DNA of 64,000 nucleotides. Source: Malacoraja senta. Taxonomy: Eukaryota. The notes beneath the pieces are model-generated. The model ran no database searches and was not told where the DNA came from. It was given only the letters and a program-made list of their open reading frames with translations. The stretch is taken from the NCBI GenBank assembly GCA_038087875.1, contig CM075988.1, positions 11,844,001-11,908,000 of the forward strand. The letters are read 5' to 3'. Position numbers and translations under genes: made by a program. Of the stretch, positions 38,940 to 51,994 are shown piece after piece; position 1 is the first letter of the stretch, and each line of letters begins with the position of its first letter.

Positions 38940-39423
38940 TCTTTGATCTGAGTACCTTGCTAGGTTAGTTAAGAGTTGCCCACATTATTGTGTCTGGATT
39001 AAAACATGAGCCAAATAATGTGAGAATGTGTTACTGGTTTCCAGAAGTACATCATTGAGCCTAATGTGTTATTACAACATTTTTATAACTTTGATTTGCT
39101 GGTTTCAGAGTTACTATGATTGAAACTGGCGTGTTAATACAAAATTTATTAAATCTACAAAATTTAAATTCTCTCGTCAATTTGCGGTAACGCAGATTCA
39201 TGTGCCTGGATCAGTAATCAAAATACCTGCAAGCAATTGTCCAGAACTGAAACACTACCAAAGGCATAGTCAGAGATTAGAGTCAAGGGTGGGGGTGGGA
39301 GGGAGCAGTACTCAAAGGGAAAATTGGGGGTCATGGGTGCATTGGGGAAAAAAAATTGAGCAGGAGCATGCCAGATATCTAGAGTTCATCGTCACCGTGC
39401 ATAGTGTCAGAAAAAGCTTTGTG

Positions 39424-39678
39424 TTTAGTTTAGAGATACAGCGCAGAAACGGGACCTTAGGCTGACTGAGTCTGTGCTGACCAGCGATCCCCATGCACTT
39501 ATACTATCCTACGGGTCAATTTACGGGTCAATTTACACGGGTCAATTTACAATTATACCAAGCCAATTAACCTACAAACTTGTATGCCTTTGGAGTGTGG
39601 GAGGAAACTGGAGAAAACCCAGGCAGCTTCTGGGGGAGAAGGTACAGAATCCGTATAGACAAAACCCGTAGTCAGGAT
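39424..39678 (-). mobile_element. V-SINE (5'-truncated) with internal (tacgggtcaatt) triplication
   Basis: Reverse SINE tail and body; tandem at ~39510-39550. Confidence 0.85.
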
Positions 39679-40796
39679 GTATCCATGTATTGTCCGAATG
39701 TCTTTTAAATGTTATAGTACCTACCTCAACGACCTCCTGTGTCAGCTTGGTTTATATATCCAACACCCTCTATGTGTAAAATTGCCCCTCAATGTTTCCC
39801 CTGCTAGTCCCACCTGCCCCAATGAAGTTCTACATTGATTCATATGAACACAACTGGACAAACTGTAAATGTGCGGACATGCCTTTTGTTTCCTGATGGA
39901 AACTAATCAGACCCTCTTAATTTTAATTGAGGCATAATCTGGACATGCACATAATCCAGCATCTCCTGTCATTCCGGGGCCTTTGAATATTGATAAGGCA
40001 GCTGTTTCATGGTGAGATGAGTGTTTCCTGTTAGTGAATTTGAGCTTGCTGTTTTCTTTGTTACAACAACCTGTCAGTCTGCAATGCTCAATCAACCAAC
40101 TCATGAGAAAATGACATATCTTTTTTTGTGTGCAGTGAACAAGACTTTGCTGTAAAAAAGCGTTTCACACGGTATCAATGTTCTGTGCTTTCTTGCTTGT
40201 TGGAGCAATCAACAACGTTTCAACTTCCCCTGCGTTTCCACAAACGGAGCACACATGCAAACAGATCCAATCTGAGAAGGCGCCTAAATAACATAATTGA
40301 ACTGAGCAACAAATGAATGGCGTAATATGCAATGAACATGATTAATCTGTTCAAACTGATACATTGTGTAATATCTCTTTACTTATCACAACAAGTTATA
40401 GTGGAAAAAACATATACTGTAAAATGGTGCGATGTTTTTTTGCCCTTTATCTTCTGGAAACAATTAAACCTGTAGCCCACATTTTCAACATCAACCCTTG
40501 AGGACATACTTTTATTTATTTTGCCATTTGATAATTTTAAGTTGCCATTTTATGCCAAATTAATATAATTGCAAAATATTACGGCAAAATTAAATGAACC
40601 CTTAACATTTACATTCCTTACATTAACCCATATTATGCAGGCACTTAAACAAAGTGACATGCTCAGTATTTCAGTTTAACCTTTATATTGCTTATATTTT
40701 ATCACTTTAATGCATGATGTATTTTTTCAAAGGAAATTTTAAATTAAGATTTATTTGGAAAAGGAATGACTATCCGATGGATCATGTCATACAGAC

Positions 40797-41122
40797 TAGT
40801 TTAGTTTTTTAGTTTAGTTTAGAGATACAGCGCGGAAACAGGCCCTTTCGGCTCACCGGGTCCGCGCCGACCAACGATCCCCGCACATTAACGCTATCCT
40901 ACACCCACTAGGGACAATTTTTACATTTACCAAGCCAATTAACCTACAAACCTGTACGTCTTTGGAGTGTGGGAGGAAACCGGAGATCTCGGAGAAAACC
41001 AAAACAGGTTACAGGGAGAACGTACAAATTTCGTACAGACAGCACCCATAGTCAGGATTGAACCCGGGTCTCCGGCGCTGTGTTCACTGTAAGGCAGCAA
41101 CTCTACCGCTGCGCCACCATGC
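40797..41122 (-). mobile_element. Young full-length HE1/V-SINE-like SINE
   Basis: CpGs retained, complete head, body and tail. Confidence 0.92.
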
Positions 41123-41699
41123 AGTGGTAAAATAGTCTAAAATAGTTTTAATAAATTGAGGGAATCAATGCATCGTTTTCTGTGCGAATTCTTTCCCATC
41201 GCACAATGCAGTTCCATTGTCTTGCACATGAGCTGGTGCCAGCATTAGAATTAGATTTTAAAGAAGCATCAGCTTTGTGTGACTTAAATGCACTTCATTA
41301 AGCCAAAGTAATTTGATGCAGGACAATAAATGTGTAATTATTTTCTGGATCCATTCCAAATTCATTGTTTCTAAATATTAATTTATTCCCTGTGGTGTTG
41401 CTTGGAGAATATGCTGCAGTGTACCGAGTGGAATATCACACAGTGGGACTGCAATTTAATGGGACAGATCATGCTGGGTGCTGCCTGGACAGGCCATTCA
41501 CCTACATATTCTAGTCCGGATACAGAGGTCCAAGCACGTTGACCCACTGCACCTTCTGAAAGAAGCACAATATCAAAAAGCTTTGCCCCATTTTTAGATG
41601 ATTCTGACAGTGGAAGGCACATAAAAAACACTCAAGATACAAGTGGTTAAGAAAAGTAAACAACATTTAAACATGAATTTTAAAAAAATAAAAAAATTG

Positions 41700-41957
41700 T
41701 AACTTACAAATTTTATTGGGAGAGGTGCAAGGTGTTGTGAGATGGAGGGTGGTGGGTGCCTGGAACATGTTGCCAGAGTGGTGGTGGAGGCAGATGCGAT
41801 AGTGGTGTTCAAGTGGCTTTTGGATAGGCACATGGATATGCAGGGACTGAAGGAATATGGATCATGTCCAGGCAGGTGAGAACAATTTATCATGGCATCA
41901 TGTTCTGCACAAACATTTTGGCCCGAAGGGCCTGTCCCTGTGCTGTGCTGTTCCATG
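41700..41957 (+). mobile_element. CR1 3' fragment
   Basis: tggaacatgttgccaga...ggcccgaagggcctgt. Confidence 0.85.
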
Positions 41958-42469
41958 TGTAGAAAGGAACAGCAGATACTGGTCTTCTGGTACTGTTCTA
42001 CATTCTAGGTTTTGTGAACTTATTTACTGATCATACTTTTAGACAGCCTGTCTCTTTGCAAAGCTGCGCTTGTAATTTCAAACCGATTACTGCTTTCAAT
42101 GTGCATTGGAACAGATGTTCTAAAGACTGGTTCTTGTTTTGAGTTAGTGGCTACTACTTCCATGTAATTTTGTAACCTATGAATGAATAATCTCTAACAC
42201 AATGAAATAAAATATTTGAATCATTCACCTGCATTTAACTTTCCCATAGGAATAGAATCCTAATTAAAATTAATGTTTTTTTTCCTCTGGTTCTCCATAA
42301 GCCTGACCACACATCAATTCTCTCTCACTCAGTCATGGGAGCCCATCTACCAGACACAACATAATGCCCAATGCTTGAGTGAGAGGCCACTCACTGACAA
42401 TATGTTTTTGTTGATAAACTTTCGATATTATTAATAGGCAGAACCTTCACTTAGTTTTATTTCTCAAAA

Positions 42470-42684
42470 TGACACAAAGTGCGGGCCTAACCCAGGCAGC
42501 ATCTTTGGAAAACACGGTTAGGTCATATTTTGGGCAGAAACCGTTCAGACCAGTCGGAGGAAGGGTCCTGAACTGAAAATCACCTGTCCATGTTCTCCAG
42601 AGATGCTGCCTGACCTGCTGAGTTACTCCAGCACTTTGTGTTCTTTGTGTATTAACCAGCATCTGCAGTTCCTTGTATCTACAC
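42470..42684. mobile_element. Penelope-tail hairpin element
   Basis: Inverted arms meeting at ttcagaccagtcggaggaagggtcc. Confidence 0.8.
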
Positions 42685-42800
42685 TTCTGTATACTTTTAT
42701 TTCTGTTTGTTTTCTTTATTTCCTTCTTTAGCTGTTCCATGCATTCACCTTTCTTTACTCCCACTTATAACCAACATATAGTATAGTATCCACCAATACA

Positions 42801-43097
42801 GGCCACGGTGGCGCAGCGGTAAAGTTGCTGCCTTACCGTGCTTACAACGCCAGAGACCCTGGTTCGATCCCAACTAGGGGTGCTGTCTGTTTGTACCTTC
42901 TCCCCATTACCGCATGGGTTTTCTCCAAGATCTTCGGTTTCATCCCACACTCTAAAGATGTACAGGTTTGTAGGTTAATTGGCTTGATATAAATGTAAAT
43001 TGTCCCTTGTGTGTGTAGGATAGTGTTAGTGCGGGGATTGCTGGTCGGTGCGGACAAAGTGGGCCGAAGGGCCTGTTTCCGCGCTATATCTCTGAAC
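42801..43097 (+). mobile_element. HE1/V-SINE-like SINE
   Basis: ggccacggtggcgcagcggta head, ggttcgatcc. Confidence 0.9.
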
Positions 43098-45369
43098 AAG
43101 TTGTTTTGGGTTTTCTTTGTATTTGATTTACCCATCTGAAGATATTCACCCTTTTGTTCGTCTCTAGCCTCTTGCTGTAACCCATAAAAGATCCTTTTTG
43201 GATCTGCACTATATATTTCACTTTTTTGTTCATGAGTGAACGATGTTGCCTGGGGGGGGGGGGGTTGGTGGGAGGGACAGGAGCAGCAGCCAGATACAAT
43301 ATATTGTGACGGCACTGAGCGATGCTGCTACGACAAAGTGGCTGGGAGTTCAATGCTACTGGAGTTCAGAGCATGAGTACAAAGATTAAAGTGAGTTGTT
43401 GAGATTCAAGTGTGGGCTGAAAGCGAGAGCTGGATTTTCAAATACTTGTCTGGTGCACCATAAGGTTGAAGGATTTTTAGGTGCCGAGGCATGATGAAAG
43501 TTTGAGAGCGAGGGAATGCTCCCACAGTTTTTGGTCCTCTAACCAAATATTTTGTTCTGTATTTTTGCACCTCTTATGCATTGTGGTTTATTTTGTCAGG
43601 AATCATCAAAAATCTCCAAGTTTCATGATGCCTTCCCAGCCGAGACATTCTTTATGTTCTCTCACTGTCTCGGTCTGCCTCACCCTCTCCATCACTCCCC
43701 ATCTGCTTTTCGTTAATGTCTCTCCAGCCACCGCTCCACCTCTCCTAACTCTTCATAATCGTCTGTTTGTCTTCTCGTGGCAGTTCTTCCTCTGCTGTTT
43801 CTTGATTCCTCGCTTGTTACGCCTCTCCATTGAAGCCCACTCATTGCATATACACTGCTTTTATCAAATTGATCATTTTCCTCTCACTCTTTGCCTCGTA
43901 ACATTTATTCAAATCTGTGCACCCTCTTTCTAGTATATAAATGTATAAGTTCAGGGGAGAAACAAGAAGTCTTAACTCAATACGTAACATTTTTCTTTAC
44001 TGTTAAACACTGTTTTCACCAGTTGTCATCATAACATTGATGTGGGCATTACGTTTATTGTGTTTGAAATACGCTGAGTTGTGGTAACATTGGCCAGGCA
44101 AAGTCTGTGGACTGCTCTGGAATTTCATTGGGGTTAATGGAGCAATGGAGTTGGAATGTATCCTTGACAAGGATTTAAGTTGTATTTGTATTTAAGTTGT
44201 AATACTCAGTGTATTTGATATATAAGGATATTTGTTTTACTTTCTACTATGGTGGTGGGTTTGTTGGTATTGTTTTGCATTGTACATATTATTCTTGTAA
44301 TAATTGATTAAATTTATTTTTGGTTAAAAAAAAAGGAGCAATGGTATGCCAGTAACACACTGGATGGGGGGTTAAATGCTGATTTCTGTGGCTCTGATCA
44401 ACAAGACACTGATAATTTACAACCCAAGCGTCGTGAAATGATTTGAGTCTTGGGTTGTAAAATCTTAAAAGGCATCTTTCCAAATGAAGCTGAACGTTTT
44501 ATGGGTAGGTTCGTGCACGCTTTGAATATTTTTAAATGTTTCATCTTGCATTGTCTGAGAAAACAAAATCATAGCCAGTTTTGAGGGATTTTATTGTTTT
44601 GTGCCCTTTTGCACTTTGCATTTGCCAGATTGGTTGCTGCATATATCCTTATTATGGCAGTTTATTTAACTATTTTTGGTTGGTGTAATATGATTTGCAG
44701 TGTCTAATCAATAAAAGATCTGTATTACTTTCACATATCCGGAGCACATACCATCTCAAGGGGTAGATTCAATGTTTCCTCAAGGGACAAAATAGAACAA
44801 GGGAGCACTATTAGAAATAAAAGGTCATGCATTTAAGACAGTCATGGCAAAATATTTTCTTTAAGGCTCACAAGAATTTGGAACTCTCTCCCTCAAATTG
44901 TGATGGAAGTAGTGTTTTAAATAATCTTAACGTTGAAGAAGAAAGATCCAAGACAATGTTGGGAGTGAAAGGTGACTGGGAAGTGGAAGTGAATGTAGAG
45001 TGGAGGTTTCATTGAATTGTAGAGCAGACTCAATTGTTCAAGTGGTTGATTCCTGATCCTAAATCATGTTTTTATGATCGCAGTATCCATTGGATAACAA
45101 AATGTTGTGGCTACAGGAAACTGGGCCCCCCTCCCCCCTGAAAATGCATGCACTCAACAGGTCAAACAGCACCTGTGAAGACAGGATTGTTAACATGATT
45201 CAGGCTGGTGATCTTGTCAGGAGCAGTTATTAATGAGTGAGCAATTTGAATAATTTTACTTATTTGACCGTATTCAGAACAATGTTTCAATTACAATGCC
45301 ACTGTTATAACCTAGAATTGCTTTTGGATGAACTAAATTTGTTGATGTCGATGTACATTTAACTATTGC

Positions 45370-45585
45370 TGAATTCTCCTCCTCAGAGGGCGGTGGAGGC
45401 CGGTTCTCTGGTTACTTTCAAGAGAGAGCTAGATTGGGCTCTTAAAGATAGGGGAGTCAGGGGATATGGGGAGAAGGCAGGAATGGGGTACTGATTGGGG
45501 ATGATCAGCCATGATCAAATTGAATGGTGGTGCTGGCTCGAAGGGCCGAATGGCCTACTCCTGCACCTATTGTCTATTGTCTATA
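45370..45585 (+). mobile_element. Young CR1 3' end
   Basis: ggctcgaagggccgaatggcctactcctgcacc(tattgtc)n. Confidence 0.9.
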
Positions 45586-46571
45586 AATATAATTAAAGCT
45601 GAATAGAAAATGTCCTCAGCATTTAGAGAAAGGCTATGGTCAATTGTCTGTAGTTTTGTTTTATAACTGTAGGTGTTAGAAACTAGCGATACAATGAACA
45701 GCAATTGGCTTTATTCCGGTACGACAATGAGCACCAACCTGGGAAAATAAAAGACAAAGATGAAAGATAACCTCTGAAGAGAGAGTCTTGGGAGTACCAT
45801 TAGCCTTGAGTGGAGGAATTCTAAAATATCAGTGGTGAATAATGCAATAGCAAATAGCTCTTTTGAAAAGGCGAGGTGAAGGCACTGTTGGATAAACTAT
45901 CTAATTCTGAAAAATCATATTTAATTATATTCAAATTTATGAAGGGAGTATTACCCATGTAATGAAAAGGATCCCAGGACTTTGCAACAGAAGTGTTCTT
46001 TCAATCAAACTATTGCAAGGCACAAACAGCAAGGAAGTTAATACTAGCTCCTCCACAACCTCGAAATAATAATATAAATCCAGTTTCAGATTGCATCATG
46101 CTAAATAGTACACAGTAATTGTATTGAGCTACAAGTGACTATTGATGGAGCGTGTAGAAGTAAATGAAATGGCTATCTGGAAAGGAAGACAGTGAAAAGA
46201 ATAAGAAAGTAGTTAGCTTCAATTGAAATGCTTCTAGGAACACAGGACAATAGGTCAAATGACCTATACTGTAAATTCTATGAATCAAAGTTCTTGGATA
46301 GGAAACTACATGGGCGGATATTGTTGAGGTCAGGAAATGAGTGCAATAAAATGCACAAGATGGAATTTCTAGAATGTGCTATAAATTTTAAATGGGGCTT
46401 TCCACCCACTAGCAGCCTAATTCATGCATTGGAGGTCTATTGTGTGGAAGGTTTGCTACACAGGGAAAGAGTTCAGATTGAATGTTTATTGCTGACAACT
46501 TGTAGCAACATTTAGAGAGGTAAACTCTCACAAGGGAGACCATTCCTCGATGCGGCACTCAGTCACACCCA

Positions 46572-46950
46572 GGATAGACACAAAAAGCTGGAGTAACTCA
46601 ACGGGACAGGCAGCATCTCTGGAAAGAAGGAATGGGTGACGTTTCGGGCCGAGACCCTTCTTCAAACTAGCCTGGGGAAAGAGAAACGAGAGATATAGAC
46701 AATGATGCAGAGCTATAAAGAACAGTGAATGAATGATATGCAAAAAAGTAACGTTGATAAAGGAAACTGGGCATTGTTAGCGGTTTGTTGGGTGAAAACG
46801 AGAAGCTAGTGCGACGAGGGCGGGGAAAGAGATGGAGAGAGATGGACTGCGGGGACAACTTGAAAGAGAAATCAAGATTCATACCACAGGGCTGTAAGCT
46901 GCCCAAGCACAATATGAGATGCTGTTCCTCCAATCTGCCTTTAGCCTCCA
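46572..46950 (-). mobile_element. Penelope-like 3' fragment
   Basis: EAKGRLEEQHLILCLGSLQPCGMN peptide plus tail. Confidence 0.85.
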
Positions 46951-47039
46951 TCATACCCAAAGCAGTCTCAGTTCTTATTCCCATTATTTTGCACATCTCT
47001 GCTCTGCTGGGGGAAAAAACCCCATCTCCCTAACATTAG

Positions 47040-47270
47040 TACACAAAGTGCTGGATTAACTCAGCGGGTCAGGCAGCATTTCTGGAGAATACACCTTACA
47101 CTTCCTGATGTCTGAGTCTCCCTCTCCTCTGTCTCTCAGTCTGAAGAAGGGTCTCGACCCAAAAAATCACCCATTCCTTCTCTCCAGAGATGCTGCCTGA
47201 CCCGTTGAGTTACCCCAGCAATTTGTGTCTATCTTCAGTGTAAACCAGCATCTGCAGTTCCTTCCTAAAC
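47040..47270. mobile_element. Penelope-tail hairpin element
   Basis: Inverted arms; ctgaagaagggtctcgaccc at 47141. Confidence 0.85.
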
Positions 47271-48036
47271 TGAGCATCATATGTTTTCCAGCTTCAGTTA
47301 TTCTGTTGCTTTCATCTTCCAACCTTAAGCTCTTTTAGTGCAGCATGTGACTTAATTCACATCTGTAATTTTAATTTGCTTTGTATCAAAGTGAATATCC
47401 TGTCTGATTCTTGCTCCTGTAAGAAAATGTGCCTAAACTGCACCTGATATTAATTTCCAAACTTTACGTAATATAATCACAATTGAGTTTTTGATTTCAT
47501 GAACTTTGGAGTTTTGGAAGGTTGTAAATCATGGAATTAGTCCTCAGCATGTACCTGTGCGTATAACATGTTAAATAGTTTCACCTGTAGTACAAAAATT
47601 TCCATGGCTTCCAGCTTTGAAATTGCTGTATTTTAAATGTCACAATGCTCAAATGCTGACTTTATATATTTCCCTTGAATTATTTAAGAAATGGAAGTTT
47701 ATCCAACACCAATCTTTCCAGTTTATGAGTAAAATTGATCAACCGAGCCAACCAACGTAATGTAATCCTTAAAATATATATTATTTGTAGACTTGATGTC
47801 AGAAACAAATTCCAAGCTGACAAAGGAAGGGGGGGCTGCTGTTAGTTCAGGAAATCTGGGAATAGACAATTTTATTTTTCTTTCCTGCTGTGTCCCTGCC
47901 AAAAGCAGCCAGTTCAGGAGGTTGAGAGGGGGAAAGCTGTTTCACGGATGGTACAAGGAGATGAAGGTGATTTGGTGTGGGTGAGGTGGGTCATGAAAGA
48001 TGTTGCGGTAGTGACAGAGCAACACGATGAGCAGGA

Positions 48037-48221
48037 AATAGACACAAAAGGCTGGAGTAACTCAGCGGGTCAGATAGCATCTCTGGAGAAAAGGAATAGG
48101 TGACCACACATGACACAAATGTCACCCATTCCTTCTCTACAGACATGCTGCCTGTCCCGCTGAGTTACTCCAGCCTTTTGTGTCTATCTTCGATTTTAAC
48201 CAGCATCTGGTTTCTCCCTAC
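48037..48221. mobile_element. Penelope-tail hairpin with the core deleted
   Basis: Arms meet at ggtgac...gtcacc; flanks gatgagc(a/t)gg. Confidence 0.8.
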
Positions 48222-48435
48222 GCAGGATGAGCTGGGAGTTATGGTCTTTGACCAACATGTCTCCACATCCACAACAGTGTCATTCTCAGTGTAGACTGGT
48301 ATCAAGCGACATTGTGTCATAGCACCGATATCTTTCTCTATCTTACTTGCGACATCGCACCCCCACTATCTGGGCAATGCACTTTAGAAGGAAAAGTGTT
48401 AAAAAACTTAATGTTTAAATCAATCATTGTAACAT

Positions 48436-48752
48436 CAGTTCAGTTTATTGTCACATGTACATAAGGTACGGTGAAAAGCTTTTGTTGCATGCTATCCAGT
48501 CAGCAGAAAGACAATACATGATTACAATCAAGCCATTTACAGTGTCGAGATATGTAGAAGAATAGAAAAATAGGTGCAGGAGTACGCCATTCGGCCCTTT
48601 GAGCCAGCACTGTCATTCAATATGATCATGGCTGATCATCTAAAATCAGTACCCCGTTTCCGTTTTTTCCCCATACGATAACATTTGGTGCAAGGTAAAG
48701 CCAGTAAAGTCCGATCAAAGATCGTCCAAGGGTCACCAATGAAGTAGATAGT
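48436..48752 (-). mobile_element. Rex1-like tail interrupted by a CR1 tail (~48552-48675)
   Basis: Homologous to 58285-58590 and 26160-26245; insert ataggtgcaggagtacgccattcggccc. Confidence 0.7.
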
Positions 48753-48959
48753 ATTGGAGGAGGATCTTTAATATAACCTTTCCTTATTTTTATTTAAACA
48801 GCCAAGCAACAGTGCTGTAAAATAAAGGCACATTATCTGCTCATTATCACAGCGATGTTAATAAAAACTTGTACAGAGATGTTAATGGGAACTTGTTGTC
48901 GTTAAATGTCTTCCTTTTAACATTTTTGCCATTATTTCATCAATTTTCCACTTCCCAAT

Positions 48960-49415
48960 TTACTTGGGAGGAAGAGTGAGCCATGGATTCGTTACCGGCA
49001 AGTTGTCATCTGTATTCTCGAGTCTGACTCCAGAGACGAAAGCACAAAACTAGGCTAATGTTCTGTTAAGTACTGAGGAAACACAGCCTGTCACACATAC
49101 TGACTCTTGGGTGAGACATCAGGCAAAGACTTCTTAGGTGATTGTAAAAGATCCCACGATGTTACTCTGAGAAAGAGCAAGATAGCTATTCTGGGCACCA
49201 GAGCCAGGATTTTTTTCCTCAATCACTGCAACTGTAACATAAAGGCACATTATCTGCTCATTATCACAGAGATGTTAATGGGAACTTGTAGCTAAATTTG
49301 TTGCCAGATTTCCTGCATTAAAACAGCGACTGCACTTAATATGTACTTGATCATCAATGATAAGATGCTTTGGGTTACATTGAACATGAAAGCTTTGCAT
49401 AAATGTTGGTTTATC
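48960..49415 (+). mobile_element. Ancient Deu-domain SINE (SacSINE1/AmnSINE1 superfamily-like)
   Basis: Ordered recalled motifs actccagagac, agcacaaaactaggct, agtactgagg, gtaaaagatccca, ttatctgctcattatcac, tttcctgcatta, gctttggg. Confidence 0.65.
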
Positions 49416-49660
49416 TATGCGATATTTGATGGCTGAATAGCTTGATGTATTAAAATTTTAATATTTTAATAAGAGGAGTGAGGGACTTGTGAATGGGAAT
49501 TGAATATACTGAAGAGGGGAAAGGAACCGGGTAACTGGGCAAGTGAGAGATGATGGAAGAAATGGGTGCACAGGGGAATGGGGGAGGAATGGTGTTCATG
49601 TGAATAGAACAAAATGGCACAGAATTCTCAGAGAGGAAGAGTAATCTGTTTGCACTATAG

Positions 49661-50087
49661 GTACACAAAAATGCTGGAGAAACTCAGCGGGTGCAGCAGC
49701 ATCTATAGAGCGAAGGAAATAGGCAACATTTCGGGCCGAAACCCTTCTTCAGACTGATAGGGGGTGGGGAGAAGAAAGGAAAAAAGGAAAAAAGGCGGAG
49801 GAGGAGCCCGAGGGCTGGGGGATGGGAGGAGACAACCAGAGCGCTGATGAAGGGGAGGGGACAGCAAGGGCTAGCAGAGTTGGGAGAACTCAATGTTCAT
49901 GCCCCCAGGATGTAGAGTGCCCAAGCAGAATATGAGGTGCATTTCCTCCAATACACAAAAATGCTGAAGAAACTCAGCGGGTGCAGCAGCATCTATGGAG
50001 CGAAGGAAATAGGCAACGTTTCGGGCCGAAACCCTTCTTCAGACTGATAGGGGTGGGGAGAAGAAAGGAAAAAAGGCAGAGGAGGAA
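49661..50087 (-). mobile_element. Tandem dimer of young Penelope 3' ends
   Basis: Copies at 49661-49951 and 49952-50087, both closely matching 59455-59749; 9-bp flanking repeat gcactatag (49652-49660, 50088-50096). Confidence 0.92.
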
Positions 50088-50799
50088 GCACTATAGTTTG
50101 GTGGCTTTGAGATTTGATAGAAACACAAGTAAATGGATTTCATCATAACCTAATTCTTTTCATACTTATTAGTTTCCACTCTCAGTAAACCATGGTACTT
50201 TCGAAACATTATTCGGCTCTGTTCATAGACCTTTTTCCCTTTCTTAAGAAAACATGAGGACATAAAATATCTGAGCAGGCGTAGGCGACATGATAGCTTA
50301 AAGCTTTTCCAGCATTTATTAAGATCACGTCCCGTCCGATCTTTTCCCCAGTTACCCATTTCCCCCTATTCCCTATAACTTGCCATGCACTAGCCTAACA
50401 TATTTAATAATTCACGACAGCTGTCTTTGGTTGAGAATTCCAAGGCTACACAAGTCATTGAGAGAAAAATAATCTTTCTGTTTAAAGAGTGACCCTTAAT
50501 TGAAACTATACCTCCTCATTTCCCCGAAGAGTGGAAACATGCATTCAGCATCTTTCCTGTTAAGCTCTGCCAGAATCCTTTGTATTTGAGTAAGAGCACC
50601 ACTTATTTGTTTAAACTCCAAGGGGTAAAGAGGTCCAACCTGCACATTTCATCTCATGTTATAGCCTCTTTAAATCCACAAGGAACTCCAATAAATTAGT
50701 CAAGTGTTCTATTTGACAGCTGAAGTGCTGGGAAGCTAATCATTGTGGAGAAATAAACATGATTTTATTGTAAGATTCTAAAAACAGCGCATGAACAAC

Positions 50800-51075
50800 C
50801 CAAGATAGACACAAAATGCTGGAGTAACTCAGCGGGTCAGGCAGCATCTCTGGAGAACATGATGGGTGACATTTCGGGTCAAGAAGAAGTCTGAAGAAGG
50901 GTCCCGATTGGAAACGTCACCTATTCATTTTCTCCAGAGATGCTGCCTGACCTGTTGAGTTACTCGTTGTTTAAGAAGGAACTGCAGATGTTGGAATTTT
51001 GTCTACCTGCTGAATTGCTCCATCATTTTGAGTCTATCTTTGATATAAACCAGGGTCTGCAGTTCCTTATTGTTA
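50800..51075. mobile_element. Penelope-tail hairpin with nested fragment
   Basis: Inverted arms; ctgaagaagggtcccgattggaaacgtc. Confidence 0.8.
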
Positions 51076-51795
51076 CATGGACAACCCGTGTTCATTTTGC
51101 TTCACTTTCAAAATGAAAGGTCTTCTCTCCTCACTCTGTATTCCCCTGCCTGTCCAGTCAAGATTGGCATCTTGCCATATTGAAAATGTAAGGCTGCACA
51201 CTAATGCACAGTGCCGTGGTATCAAACCATTAATGTATTATGCCACTGCCTGTTATTTAATTGTCATAAATTGGATAATCCTGTTGATTAAAAAAACACG
51301 GTAACCAAGGCCTTATTATGAATAAGCCAATATTCATTTTGCTGGTACTTTGACAATTATTGATCTATCTGGTATAGGAAGCTCATTTGATAGTTTTATC
51401 CTATATTGGAAGCCAGACATAGTTATACATTTATATCATCCGTTATTATCTGGGAGACTACAGTTATATTGGTCTGGAATTTGTGCTCAGTCGCAGGCAC
51501 TGATTGCAGAGTCAAATGCATTTTGTGCTGAAGTATCAAAATTCATTACAAGGCACAATTATAGACACAACTTTGTTCCCCTGCAGGACAGTTTAGGACC
51601 TAATGATTCACTCTGCAATCAAACCCAGGTCTCCTCATTTTGTAGATGGCAAGTTAATGCCTGCTGTTTTCTTCCAAGCATTAATAATTGTTTGTGTTAA
51701 TTTCTGTGCATGAATGAATCAAATCTTAATAAAGAGTTATGAGATGATGGGATAGGAGAGCTGCTAATTTACTTTATCCAGTAACCAAAAGTGTT

Positions 51796-51994
51796 GGGCA
51801 CAACAAGCTGGAGTAACTCGGCGGGTCAGACAGCGTCTCTGGAGAAAAGGAATAGGTGATGTTTGGGGTCGAGACCCGTCATCAGACACGACAACTGTTC
51901 CTTTTCTCCAGGATGCTGTCTGTGACCCGCTGAGTTACTCCAGCTTTTTGTGTCCATCTTCAGTTTAAACCAGCATTTGCTGTTCCTTCCTAAT
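51796..51994. mobile_element. Penelope-tail hairpin element
   Basis: Inverted arms; 10-bp flanking repeat caaaagtgtt (51786-51795, 51995-52004). Confidence 0.85.

Noticed and set aside
41383..41631. Coding-looking unique segment
   Set aside because: Manual translations gave short frames without recognisable homology or convincing splice sites.
43481..43933. 150-aa hydrophobic ORF
   Set aside because: Pyrimidine-rich low-complexity strand bias; no recognisable domain; opposite-strand frames contain stops.
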